Source: the human T2T-CHM13v2.0 reference genome, Homo sapiens. From it: a stretch of 64,000 nt of DNA. Location: the NCBI RefSeq assembly GCF_009914755.1, contig NC_060927.1; one strand, 5' to 3'. Under the pieces are notes generated by a model. That model searched no databases, was not told the origin of the DNA, and was given only the letters and a program-made list of their open reading frames with translations. The position numbers and the translations under genes are program-made. Shown here piece after piece: positions 44,875-57,939 of the stretch. Numbering within the stretch: the stretch's first letter is position 1; the number at the start of each line of letters is the position of its first letter.

Positions 44875-45075
44875 CACCACTTGGTCTGGTGTCTGCTTTC
44901 AAATCCTGACTGTCTTTCTATCTTGAGTGAGATACTTGTCCTTCTAGCATGCTTTGTCTTTAAATGGTGATAATAATGGGGACTATTTCAGTGTTTTATG
45001 AGGATTAAGTAAATAATGTTTGTAATGCTCTTAGAATGATGTTTATGACAAAGCACTGTGTGTTTTTTCAAGAAA
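44875..45075 (+). mobile_element. MIR
   Basis: ttcaaatcctgact...taaatggtgataataatg...ttatgaggattaagtaaataatg...gctcttagaa. Confidence 0.7.
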
Positions 45076-46394
45076 TAAGTACTTTAAAATTAAACTTTAT
45101 ATGCAAATTAAAACATAAAATATGTATTAAAATGGACAGAATAATTTTCACATACAATACCAAGAAGCCATATGTGCATATAAATTTTCTTCTATATATA
45201 AAATATGGCCTTTCTTTGTTAATAACAATCAGATAATAAAGTTTAAATAGCCCAGATAGTTTTGCTGATTTTTATGTTCATAATTATTTGAAATTATTCT
45301 ACACTAAAATGTATGATAAAAAAGGAAAGTTAATTTTTATAGTTTGTTAATATTTATTATGAGTTATAGGGTATTTACATGTACTTTGCAGTATGTCAGA
45401 AATCTATAACTTGTAGGACTTAGAAGTCAAACTTTGTGCTTTATAATTGTAAATGCTATATAATACAATAAATATACAATAACAACTTTCCTTCTTTAAT
45501 TGTCATTTATGATATTTATAACTGAGACTAAAACTTAATTTGGGTCGTTACTTTTCCTAAAACTTGTATATTAGCTAAAAGTCATTATAATATTCCAATT
45601 ACTTTCCCTTTATCTTGTTTTGATTTAAATAATTTTCAAATTATGTATTTTGGTGTAATTAGAGTCTCCACATACATTTTAATCATTCTAGTCATGCATA
45701 AAAATTTTAAAAATTATGTAGACTTGTAATGATCTGTGAATTCTCATATTCCAAAACTCTATCTTACATGTTCCTCATTATTATTTACGATAAACAATAA
45801 TTAGGAAGAAAAATGTCTTTATTGTATATCCATAAATGCAAAGCACATATGAGACAAAATACAAAAGAATATATATTAGTAAAATTGTTACCTATCTGAA
45901 TACTTTCAGATATTCATAAAAGGACATTATTTTGTGCATGGCAATAATTAAATACCTGTATTAGTATAAAACTTCCAAGAATATACATTTTTTTAATCAG
46001 GAAAGGCTATTTCACATTGTTTTTACCTCCATTTGTAAGGAGCGCATTTTGAAATCTTAAGTATAGTAATATTCACACTGTTAAATTTATATATTTAACT
46101 CATAAAAATGATTGAAATCATCCTCTGCCAAATATTTAAGGTCTCTACGCTCACTTCAATCACATAGCAGGAAAGAATATTTACTGAAAGAAATAAAGTT
46201 CAGAATATGCTCATATAGTTTTGAAAATCATTGCAGCATTCATTTCTTATCCTCCTCTCCTTTCATCATCAGGTACCGGAGGTAACTGGCAAATACAGGG
46301 CTGAATACACAACTCAAACTTAACTATGTCGCTTAATGTTAGAGTCATAATAGATTCAAACTGTCACCAAAAATCATGTTAAGTCTTCCAATCA

Positions 46395-47846
46395 TATTAT
46401 CTGTGACTCTGCCACTCTTTGGAATGCTTAGCCAGCACCCCCTCTTTATTTGGGTCAAGACTTATAGTACTCTCTCTGCTTTGCCTAAAATCAACAGAAA
46501 GTCAGCTTTCCTATCTTTGGAACTCCCAGAACGCTTGATTCAAATCTCTATTATGTGGTATTATGTACAGTCACACTCCTTATAATGATCTGTAAGTCAA
46601 TAATGCATAGCGTATATGATAGGGGTCTTAGAACATTATAATGAAGCTGAAAATCTTCTTTCACTTGGTAAGATTGTAGCCATTGTAATGCTGTAAAGCA
46701 AGGCATTACTCCCTTGTTTCTGGTGACGCTGGTGTAAGCAAACCTACAGCACTGCAAGTTGTAAGAAAGTAACACACAGACGATTATATATGCTATATAG
46801 TACCAGATAATAATAATAAATGAGTATATTACTGGTAGATGTATTTACTGTGATATACTAAAAACTACCATTATTTTATGGTGCATTCCTTCTACTTTTG
46901 AGGAAAAAAATAACTGTAAAATAGCCTCAGGTAGACCCTTTAGGAGGTATTCCAGAAGAAGGCATTGTTTTCACAGAAGATGACAGTTCCATGCATGTTA
47001 TTGGCCTGAAGATCTTTCACTGGGGCAAGATGTGGAGGTGTAAAACAGTGATATTGATGATGGTGACCCTGTGCAGGCCCAGGCTAACACGTAGGTTTGT
47101 CCCTTAGTTTGAAACAAAAAAGTGTAAAAAGTAAAAAGAAACAAGTTAATAGAATAGGATATAGAAAAATAAAATATTTTTGTACAGCTGTCCAATTGTT
47201 TGTGTTTTAAGCTAAGCATTATTATGAAAGAGGTAAAAAGTTTAAAAAGAAGTCTACAAGGTAAAAATGTTACAGTAAACTAAGGTTAATTTAGCAATAA
47301 AAAATTAATACATTTAGTCTAGCCAAAGGTTACAGTGTTTATAAAATCAACAATAGGGTAATGTCCTAGGTCTTCACATTCACTTGCCACTTACTGACTC
47401 ACCCAGAACAACTTCCAGTCCTGAAAGTTTCTTTGGGGTAAGGGCTCCATGCAGATGTACAATTTTTCATCTTTTATACTGTAGTTTTACTGTACCTTTC
47501 TGTGTTTAGAGATGTTTAGATATATTAATACCATTGTGTTATAATTGCTTACAGTATCCAGTACAGTAACATGCTGTACAGGTTTGTATCCTAGGAGCAA
47601 TAGGTTATACCACATAGCCTAAGTGTGTGGTAGGTTTTGCCATGTTTGCAAAAGGACAAAATCACCTAACCACACATTTCTCAAAATACCTTCCTATCAG
47701 TGACACATGACTGTATTTTGGCCACCTTCACTAGATTGCAAGCTCTTAGTTGAGCATAGACCCATGAATTATTTATCTTTATGGTTATAGCAGTTATCAC
47801 AGCTCCTGTTATGTAACAAGTGCTTGATAATTTTAGTTAAATAAAT
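46395..47846 (+). mobile_element. L2 3' end split by Tigger3b (pieces ~46395-46567 and ~47716-47846)
   Basis: L2 tail motifs cactagattgcaagctctt...agtgcttgataattttagttaaataaat resume directly after the Tigger. Confidence 0.55.
46568..47713 (-). mobile_element. Tigger3b (Golem) TcMar DNA transposon
   Basis: TIR ends cagtca... / ...catgactg flanked by TA on both sides; internal gtattccagaagaaggcattgtt, cagtacagtaacatgctgtacaggtttgta. Confidence 0.9.
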
Positions 47847-48544
47847 ACGCTAACCAAGACAATTTACATCAGTGCCACCTTTTACATTGACATATGTAAT
47901 TGGCTATGAGACTGCTTTAATGTACACAAGGAAAATCTAAGTATTTGAGCAATGGAATCTAAATTAATTTATTTAGAAAGGTATAATATCTATATTACAA
48001 TATGAATCAAAATCTTATATGGTGACAAAGCATAAAGGAATTTTCTGTAGAAGTTGGCTTAAGGATAATGACGATTATTTTCAAGAGGGAAGCCAAAATA
48101 TGCTTAATATAGTCTGTCCTAAAAGAAACCGTGTAAAAATAAACAAACAAGTATAAAGCCCCAACCACTTACAATCCCTCTTAAAATATTTACTTAAATT
48201 CTTATCAATGATTAAAAATCAACAACAAAAGGGAGATCACTGTAGTATACCTTTTGCCAATAGCATTATCCAACATAATTACATAAAAATGTGAACTATC
48301 AAAGATAACACTTTTAATTTCCTGCATAAAGTGTCTATACATGACTAGTTACATAAATTATCTTTTGCCTTTAGGCTAAAATGATAATGGATTGTTGTGA
48401 GATAAAGTACAGTATTATTGAGATACCAGATTCATGCTTCAGGAAGATTTCTGTTATGTCATTTATAAATCTTGAATACAAAGATACCTTCACTTAATTC
48501 ATCAACCTTGTTATAGGTAACCATGGCCTAAGGAGAAAGTAAGC

Positions 48545-48750
48545 TGTACTGTTATGAAAGAATCCTGAATCCACCATTTACTAGGTGTGTAACTTTAGGC
48601 AATACATTAAACCTCTTTGTCTCATTTTAGCTCTCCCCTTTAAAAGGAAAATGCTGATAAATACAGCGTCATTATGAAGAGCAAATGAAATAGGATAAAA
48701 CTAGCACATGTGTCTCTATGGCACATTGCCCAACTAAAGTATCAGTAAAC
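48545..48750 (+). mobile_element. MIR
   Basis: ccaccatttactaggtgtgtaactttaggcaatacattaaacctctttgtctcatttt...attatgaagagcaaatga. Confidence 0.7.
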
Positions 48751-51518
48751 AAAATCCAAATTTAAACAATTTTGTGTTAAAATCATATCTTATTACAACC
48801 TCCACTATTTGCATCGTTGTTCATTTGCAGAGAACATAGTTATATGGGTTTATACTTGCTTGTTGAGGAGTCAGTAATGATTTGGACAATGTATTGAGGG
48901 AGTCCCAAAATGTTATTAGTCACTTTCCCATCATCATGTACACCCCCAAAGCTCCCCAAATATCTTTATAATCCATATTTTTCTTTAAATATTCATCTAT
49001 CTATAATGCTGTTATATCACCTTTGGAATCCTCTAGCCTACTGATGTTATGACATAGTTCCTCAAAGATGGCACTAAGCATACAATGCAACAGTTGGGAC
49101 TAGAGCATTTCTAATTCCTAGGACAGTTGCTTTGTCATCTGGTCTTCTGGTATCTGTAAGAGTTTTGAAAATTTGAAACCACAACCTTTATATCAAGCCT
49201 CAAATGTTTTTCTCAGATAGTTTCTTGATGTTGAGCCTTATGCAAGTTTATTTTTAGCCTTAAAACGGGGAACAAATAAAGTTCATCTTTCTGTCACCTA
49301 AGAAAGCAACTGTTGCTATGTAAATTGATAGCATGAGCATCATTGAAAACATGTAACAAAATACATAGGATGGCATTGATTTTTATATTAAGAAAGTAAA
49401 GTACAAATTTTAATTATTTATTCATTGTTGCACATCTGATAGACTCATCTGTTATTTATTTGTCAAAACTTCCAACTATTTCTCAGGTATTTGTTTCTCG
49501 ACAATAGATCACAAACTTTCTTTCCATCCCCTGCCTTCCCAAAATGGATGATTCTATGTTAATGTGTCCCATCCAACACCATGACTTTGATTTCCAAACC
49601 TCTTGCCCTCTCCACCATTAATGAACTTTCCCAATTCATGTCTAACACTAGCCATCAGATTTATACTCTGAGATACTGTAACTGCTTAATCTCCAAAATG
49701 ACTAACTCAAGAATCCCTTCTCTTATCACAGTCTTCTCTATGAAAATTTTTCTATTGGCTCTAGGAAAAGGAAGCTAATTTCATTTCAGTTTCATTTCAA
49801 TAGCCTGGTAATCTGATAAATATTATGGAAACTATGTTTTGCTACTTATGGGGTTTATTTTTTAATTTATTTAAAAAACCATGCCTGACAGTATACATGC
49901 AAACCTTATACTTAATTAAATAATGGAGTTAACAAAATATTCCTAATTATAATCACAAGTTTTTCATCAAAAATAAAAGAAAACTATGCATATATAACCA
50001 AAGTTTTGAAAATGGCCACATGCCAGTAATTAATCAGTCTTTATAGTTACTTTTTGAATTTAAGATATGTTTTATGCTATAAACCATGATACTAACTTTG
50101 TGAATTATCCATCAAAAATCTTTAAATAAAAAATGTATAACCATATGGCAAAAACCAATCTAATCTTATCGTGTGAATATATATTTTCCCTCTGTTACAT
50201 TTTCATGTATAATAAATATGCATTCTTTTATGCTATAGTGTATCTCATTCATGAGAATTTGTTTGACAAATATGATTCAATCTGCATTACGAACAATTCG
50301 ATGCTTCCTTTATTATGACTGAATGTTTTAATATATGTTTCTCATAATCCTGCAATCACTTACCAAAGCTGTCCTCTATATGTACAATCTTTGGATGAAT
50401 ATAGTTCAAGTAATAATTCATGGGGCCCAATGTTTAAATCTGATTGGTACAATAAACAGGAATACCATCCATTACAGAGTAACAGAATTTTGTCCCAATA
50501 ATTTCATTTGAAATAATTTGTATTCTACGTTTACTTGTTTTGTTTTTATGTAAAATTTTGTTCTACCCCAAATCTTATTAGATTTTAGTTCACAGCTACG
50601 TAAGTTATCCTTATTTCCATAACACTCAGAAATGCATCGGTAGTGTCTTCTGCTTTTTTTGGTTTGTTTGTCTGTTGGCTTCTTTGCCTTTTAGTTTATA
50701 TTTTTCAACAAAAAAGACATGCAAGTTGCCAAAACTGAATAATTTAATTTGCTTCTAGTAAAGGGGAGCAGACCTCCCCCCAACTCAATGTAAATAACCA
50801 TTTTAAACTTTTTGGTAAAGAATTTCTGATGATTATATCCACTCATCTATATTTTGGTTATACCACCCATTATTTTTTTAAATTTAGCAGCTATAAACAT
50901 TATCTATTAACTCTCTCTGCAAAAGGTGGTAATCAGCTATCCCTTTGAACCTCATCCTCTTCTGCCTTTCATTTTTATAAAGTTAGTATTTTATTTTATA
51001 CGGAAATCTTCCTTGAAAATTTTTGAAACTTAATATGATGCTTAACAATTTATCTGTAATGTAATCATTTATTTGGATGTTAAGGCATTGACACATTTTT
51101 CTGTAGTAATTTCTAAATATTATTTAAGGAAAATTTCAAAGGTTTTAATTTGGCCTCTGAGAGCTTCCAATTCTTAAAATAAACTCGTATAGTGATAGTA
51201 GTAAAAACATCATTAGAATTTATATTTCCTACATATTGAATGTCTATAAGCTATAGATTTGTGCTTAATTCTAATGCTATAAAACTTATAACTATAGATT
51301 TTTTAGGTTAGAATCACTTCCTAAAAGCACAATACAACATCTGATGAGCAATTGCTATTTAACATGATTCTACTTTATTGAAAATAACTTTTACATCCCA
51401 AAATATTAACTTTGTATTTGCAGTTTAGTAGTTTTTCATTTTATGTGTCAATAAAGCTATCTAAATTATAAACTAGTAAAAGTTTTATAAAGTTGTCTTG
51501 CCAAAAAATTCTCTTTAC

Positions 51519-51600
51519 CTAGCTTACCAAATAAAATCTTATTCTCATATTCTCCAAACTTTGTACTAGCTTACCAAATAAATTATTATTCTCGTAGTTC
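51519..51600. repeat. 47-bp period tandem duplication
   Basis: ctagcttaccaaataaa…ttattctc occurs at 51519 and 51566. Confidence 0.85.
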
Positions 51601-52189
51601 TGAATTTTCTCTATCTTCGTCTCATCTGATTCCTTAAGTTTGGCAAACTGGTAAATGATTGTGGTGGGCGAAGCAGACAGTTTGTAATCCTGTCTTTACT
51701 AGTAAAATTCATTTGTCTAAAGTCAGTATTCAGAAATATAATTGATTGTATATCAAATATTTCATTTCTCCCTCTTTCTCTATATCCCCTCTCTGCCTCT
51801 TTCTCCCTCAGTCTCACTCTATATTTTTTCTTTGTAAATGTTCAGAATACATTTAGTACTATATATCAGCAGTGTTTTGGAGTTTTATTTGTTGGCCCTT
51901 GAACCAATAAATTTATACTTTATTCCAAACCGCTATTTGAAACATGGAAACATATTATAAATTACTTATTTACTTATCTTTGCAATAGAAATTAACTCCA
52001 AAATAATATAGCTGAAGCCCTACTAGAAGACAGGGTTTTGCCAGCAGATTTATTTTAAAAGTTAGATGGTTTTTTGTTTGGTTTTCTTTTCTTTTCTTTT
52101 ACACTGCATGACCAGAGCTTTCAAATGCATTTTGCTCCTGACAATGCCAACTTTTACCCATCACTTCTGATTAAAAATCATGTGTCCCT

Positions 52190-52215
52190 TGTGTGTGTGT
52201 GTGTGTGTTTGTGTT
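52190..52215. repeat. (TG)n microsatellite
   Basis: tgtgtgtgtgtgtgtgtgtttgtgtt read directly. Confidence 0.85.
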
Positions 52216-53858
52216 TATGCACACTTTACTGGAAAAGTAGAGAAAGATGTTTCCTACTTATATTTTGTTTAATCATTTCTCTTTTCTGAATATTTTTTTC
52301 TGGAAATTCCAGAGACTTTGAAACTTAGATAAATAAACTTTTCATTTATTTTATCTATTTCAGTAAATGTATTTCAGATGTGCATTATTCTTTTCTGGTT
52401 TTAATAATTAAATGAGTGCATGCTTCATAATAAATGCCTTTACTCACTAATAGCAATATGTGAATTTGTGCTTTAGAATACATTTTGTTTTATAGAAAAT
52501 TATGACTTTTCTTACCATTGTACTAATGAAAAGCTAACACCCATTAAACAAGGGAAAGGTTATTCTATTGCATATTTTTTACTTTAAATTATTTCTGAAT
52601 GCATTTCTAATTTTAAATATCTCCCACTGTTTGAGAACATTGCAAACCATTTTAAGCAGGAGAAATGTTAGTAAAATCAATGATATGTTATTTCATCAAA
52701 CTTAAATATTTTGCTTAAACAAAATATTTAAAACCTTGGTAAATGTAATCATGGATAAACATAAATTTCAATGGAAGATGGCCCACAGGAACTAATTTTA
52801 AGGAGAAGTAAAATGTAAATCTTTAATTCCTTTATTGCAATTCAAAAGACTTTCATTCTGCTTATAATTAAGCTTCATTTTACTGTAAACACTTTTATTA
52901 TCTCAGTGCTCCAGGTAGTCAACAGGGTTTAGAATCTCTGTTTACTGCCAGGCAAAATAAAAATTATAAGCTTTCAGCATTATCCATTAAAGAAACACAT
53001 GAAGTTTATCTGTTGAGATGGCTGATATCACCAATTGACATTCTCTGATAAATGTCATAGTATAGAAACTAATTATTTTAATTTTTAAAATTTTTACATA
53101 TGTCTCTTTAGGTGTCATTTTGGATCTGTTTGGAAAACGGAAGAGAAGAAACCTCGATTAAACACATCCTCATTTCCTGTTCACTGATTTACTATATCAT
53201 CCATCAGATTTTGTCATCAAGCATCTAAAACAACATGCAAAAAAACCAAAGCATACGCTTTTTAAGTTAAAAAAATAGCAATCTATTACTATTTTTTAAA
53301 ATCAGTAGCAGAAAGTTGAGTTAGGTAAGGACACATTTGATGAAGAAAGTTCTCTTAAAGCAAGCAGCACTGTTTCCATTCCCCATTACGAAGATTTGAA
53401 ATGTATGTCAGACCCACTCTTTTTTGCGCTGATTTATGTGACTTACTTGATAGACAGCTCCCAGTCAAATTGAGATATATCAGTCAGAATGATTTTTGAC
53501 AAATTAGTACCAATATAAAATTGATTTCTTATATATAACATAGAATTGTATAAAAGATGAATTTTTAAAACAATCATATAATTTTTATGATAATACATCA
53601 ATGTTACTAGAAATGACAACGTTCATTTCACATGGTCAGTTTTGTTAAAAGAAGAAAATAGAGTATAAATTGATTTTGTCTGTTTGCAAAATCACATTCT
53701 TTAAAATGGTTAAATCTAAATTCTTTTGAGGTAAAGGACTGACAGTACTCTTAATATGGACTATTGTCTTTAGAAAATTACCCCTTACCTATCCTACTCT
53801 GAAAAATGTGGTGGAATTTACATTCAAAAATGCAAAATAAAATTTATATGATACTTTA

Positions 53859-54214
53859 TGCTATAGATTGAATGTTTGTGACCCCCCAAATTTATATGTT
53901 GAAATTTATCCCCAATATGATAGTATTTGGAGGTAGGGTCTTGGGAGATTATTTGGTTCTCAGAATGAAGTGCTTGTGAATGCTATTAGCACCCTTACAA
54001 AAGAGACCCCAGAGAGAACCTCACCCATTCTACCATGTGAGGACACAGCAAAAAATGTGCCATTAAAAACCAGAAAGCGAGCCCTCACCAGATAACAAAT
54101 CTGACAGTGCCTTGATTTCGAACTTTCCGCCTCCAGAACTGTGAGAAATAAATTTCTGCTGTTTATAAGCCACACATTCTACTGTGTTTTGGTTATAGCA
54201 CCTCAGACTAGACA
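53859..54214 (+). mobile_element. MLT1A/MLT1A0 solo LTR
   Basis: tgctatagattgaatgtttgtg...ccatgtgaggacacagc...ctccagaactgtgagaaataaatttctgctgtttataagccac...agactagaca. Confidence 0.88.
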
Positions 54215-54708
54215 CAGAACATGCTAAATTCACCAGAAAAAAGCATCTCTGGGATTAATTCTTCCCCAGGCTGTTAGAAAATAGAATCCATATGTGCCAA
54301 GAAAATTGTCTCTTGATCTAAGCAAAGCTCTTCACTGTTTTTCTTCACAAGAATATTAGTCTATCAAATCTAAGATATCATCCAATAAAAATGCATGATG
54401 AATCCATATATTAAAATGTGAATGAACATGCATCTAAGGAATAATGAAATATAATAGAAAGGGAGCTAATAAAAGACTACACCCTTAGGACAAACAAACA
54501 GCAGTATTAACAACAAAAGAATTTGGTTTACTTAATGTGGTCAAATAACCACAAAAAAACAAGTCAGTGGCAGCTTGTATTCAAGCAGTGCATTTCTCAT
54601 AAATAAATTGTACTCTTCCCTCAACACTTATACTGTCCACGTAACTGTGTTTTTAAAAAGGGTGTGACAGTTTTAGATGCAAAGTGAAAAATATATCTCC
54701 TGAATATC

Positions 54709-55065
<357 letters not shown>

Positions 55066-55114
55066 TAATGAGCAAACCCGTAGTATTACTATTAATAACA
55101 AACAGAACAATGTC

Positions 55115-55375
55115 AAAAATACACATCACATAATTCCATTTCCAAAGTAAGAAAATCCATAGAAACGAAAAGCAGATTAATGATTTCCCAGGGTTTGGTG
55201 GAGGAGAGAATGAGGAATGATTGGCTTCTTAACAGGAATGTTTCCTTTTGGAGTAATGAAGTTTTCTGGAACTAGAAAATGGTGATGGTTGAATAACAAT
55301 TGCAAATGTGCTACATGATACTGATAAAAAATTATGTTATGTGTATTTTACCATTAAATGCATTAAATTAAAAAG
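55115..55375 (+). mobile_element. L1MB-type 3'UTR fragment
   Basis: aaaatccatagaaacgaaaagcagattaatg...tttccttttggagtaatgaa...ggtgatggttg...ttatgttatgtgtattttacca. Confidence 0.75.
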
Positions 55376-55756
55376 GGGGTGGGAGGATTTTTCCTTTAAA
55401 CTATTTTTTTCTCATGGTGTATGTGGGATTCAACTTACGTATTATATTTTCGTTGTTTCTTGCTAAAAGAGATTACATGATCAAATAATATTAGAATAAT
55501 CTTAATTAAATAAATTGAATGAGATTTTAGCTTTAAAATAATAATGACAAAAAACTTGGGTGTGTCATCACCTTCCCATAGTTTCAGACTTACTTAATTT
55601 CCCAAAAAAAATGATTTATTGCTTGATAATAAATTGTAGCATATAAGATGTATCATAACTTTTTAGATTGCTACCAAAATGTAACTCTTTCACCTATACA
55701 AGTACTAATTTTGATTTCTATGTTATGATATTTGTGTTAAGGACTGAAAGATCAAA

Positions 55757-56601
55757 TTATCATTAATAGACTACTTTTGGGATAACCATATGCATATGGT
55801 ATACATCTTTTTGGCTGAGTCTTCTACAATACCAAAAGGAATAGAATTTTATTCTGGAATTCAATACTGGCATTATCCCTTTAAGTTATCTGCAAAATAA
55901 TTGTTTAGTTTCTTTTGTTTTCTTTTTAGTTGTGTCACCAGTTCTGTGACAATCTCAACACAATCACAGGAGAAGCACAGTGGATGGCTGCCATTTATGT
56001 CAACCTTCAGCTAAACCTCGGCTTTAAGTTTTATTTAAGATTCGCAACAAAAGTTGACCCAGCATACTATGAAAACAGACTTTTCTCTCATGTTCTTCAG
56101 GGTATACTGTACACCTTCTTCCTGAAAACCCCTGCACAGATGCTCCAAAAAGCATATGTTCTGTTTCTTCTATCAATATTTTTGGATCATCCTTCAATCT
56201 TTATAAATGTATTTTAATCTTACCTCCAGTGGCATCCTTCACTTAATTTTTTCATTTTTATGGGTTAAGATATTTCTGGATTTTCAAAAACAGTTTTTAC
56301 TTATGAAAATTTTATGAATACCAAAATGTATAATCTTCCTATAGTATTAGTCCCCCAGTTTTTTGCCATAATATAATTATGTTTTTTAATGTTTATAAGA
56401 CTGAGATTATGTGATCATGGTCCAAAATAAAGATTGTCTTATGTAAAGGTCATTATCACACATATTACAAGAAAGAAAGTCAGTTTAGATAGAGAATTGT
56501 ATATATTAAGCTGCTCTGTAGATTGTAACCAATATGATACGACTGTATCAGAGTTCTAGAAAACACCAATTAAGAAAAATTTGCCATGATTTGGCATAAA
56601 T
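55757..56601 (+). repeat. Left arm of ~845-bp inverted duplication
   Basis: Reverse complement of 57087-57929; starts ttatcattaatagactacttttgggataacc, ends aatttgccatgatttggcataaat. Confidence 0.97.
55930..56450 (+). other. Candidate terminal exon (3' splice site, 95 open codons, AATAAA at 56426-56431); mirror copy on - strand from 57763
   Basis: tttagtttcttttgttttctttttag|TTGTGT at 55929/55930; TAA at 56215-56217; all three elements retained in both arms. No transcript evidence and no recognised protein homology. Confidence 0.3.
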
Positions 56602-57086
56602 ATTTTATGTGAAATCACCATCTAATCATTTATAAATAAATGACAGCCTCTCTTTCCTGTTCAATTTTTATATTTTACTGTAGAAATTGCTAGAGATTTC
56701 TCAAGAGGGCCTGTATAATAGCAGTCAAGTCCCAGATGGCCTGGAGGTCTACTTAAAACAGAGTGTTTCTGAATATTTCTCAGGAGTAAATCTAACTTAT
56801 TTACTGATTCTATTATTCAGTGACAAATATTTAGTATTTATTAAGAACACTTACGATACTAGCATACACATAACTGGTAGCTGGTTCTCTCTGGTCCACA
56901 ATTGATAGTGCCTTAATTGTTCTGTTTTAAAGCCTCCCATTTTCTGTAGAAATTCCAGAAGGAAGATAAATGGTTGAGGAAGACTTGGTTCATCACCTGT
57001 GAAATCATTTCATAACAGACAGTTGTAATTAGGAAAATAAATGCAAACCTATAATTTCTTGTTCACATATCATTTTGAAAGTGTGG

Positions 57087-57929
57087 ATTTAGGCCAAATC
57101 ATGGCAAATTTTTCTTAATTGGTGTTTCTAGAACTCTGATACAGTCGTATCATACTGGTTACCATCTACAGAGCAGCTTAATATATACAATTATCTATCT
57201 AAACTGACTTTCTTTCTTGTAATATGTGTGATAATGACCTTTACATAAGACAATTTTTATTTTGGACCATGATCACATAATCTCAGTCTTCTAAAGTTAC
57301 CATTAAAAAACATAATTATATTATAGCAAAAAACTGGGAGACTAATATTATAGGAAGAATATACATTTTTGGTATTCATAAATTTTTCAAATGTAAAAAC
57401 TGTTTTTGAAAATCCAGAAATATCTTAACCCATAAAAATGAAAAAATTAGGTGAAAGATGCCACTGGAGGTAAGATTAAAATACATTTATGAAGATTGAA
57501 GGATGATACAGAAATATTGATAGAAGAAACAGAACATATGATTTTTTAAGCATCTGTGGAGGGGTTTTCAGGAAGAAGGAATAAAGTATACCCTGAAGAA
57601 CATGAGAGAAAAATCTGTTTACATAGTATTTTGGGGCAACTTTTGTTGCGAATCTTAAATAAAATTTAAAGCCGAGGTTTAGCTGGAGGTTGACATAAAT
57701 GGCAGCCATCCATTGTGCTTCTCCTGTGGTTGTGTTCAGAGTATCACAGAACCAGTAACACAACTAAAAAGAAAACAAAAGAAACTAAACAATTATTTTG
57801 CAGATAATTTAAAGGGATAATGCCCATATTGAATTCCAGAATAAAATTCTATTCCTTTTAGTATTTGTAGAAGCCTCGCCAAAAAGACATATACATATGG
57901 TTATCCCAAAAGTAGTCTATTAATGATAA
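57087..57929 (-). repeat. Right arm of ~845-bp inverted duplication
   Basis: atttaggccaaatcatggcaaatt ... ggttatcccaaaagtagtctattaatgataa; ORF 57476-57763(-) mirrors ORF 55930-56217(+). Confidence 0.97.
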
Positions 57930-57939
57930 GACTTTCAAG

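Noticed and set aside
53090-53200. Acceptor-like tctctttag|gtgtc followed by purine-rich sequence
   Set aside because: No convincing downstream donor or open frame; such motifs are common in AT-rich DNA.
55975-56000. Small hairpin around atggctgccat as a possible miRNA precursor
   Set aside because: Stem far too short for a pre-miRNA.
55757-57929. Reading the inverted repeat as a DNA transposon with long TIRs
   Set aside because: No flanking TSD, no transposase relic in the spacer, and arm identity looks too high for the long-extinct primate DNA transposons unless converted.
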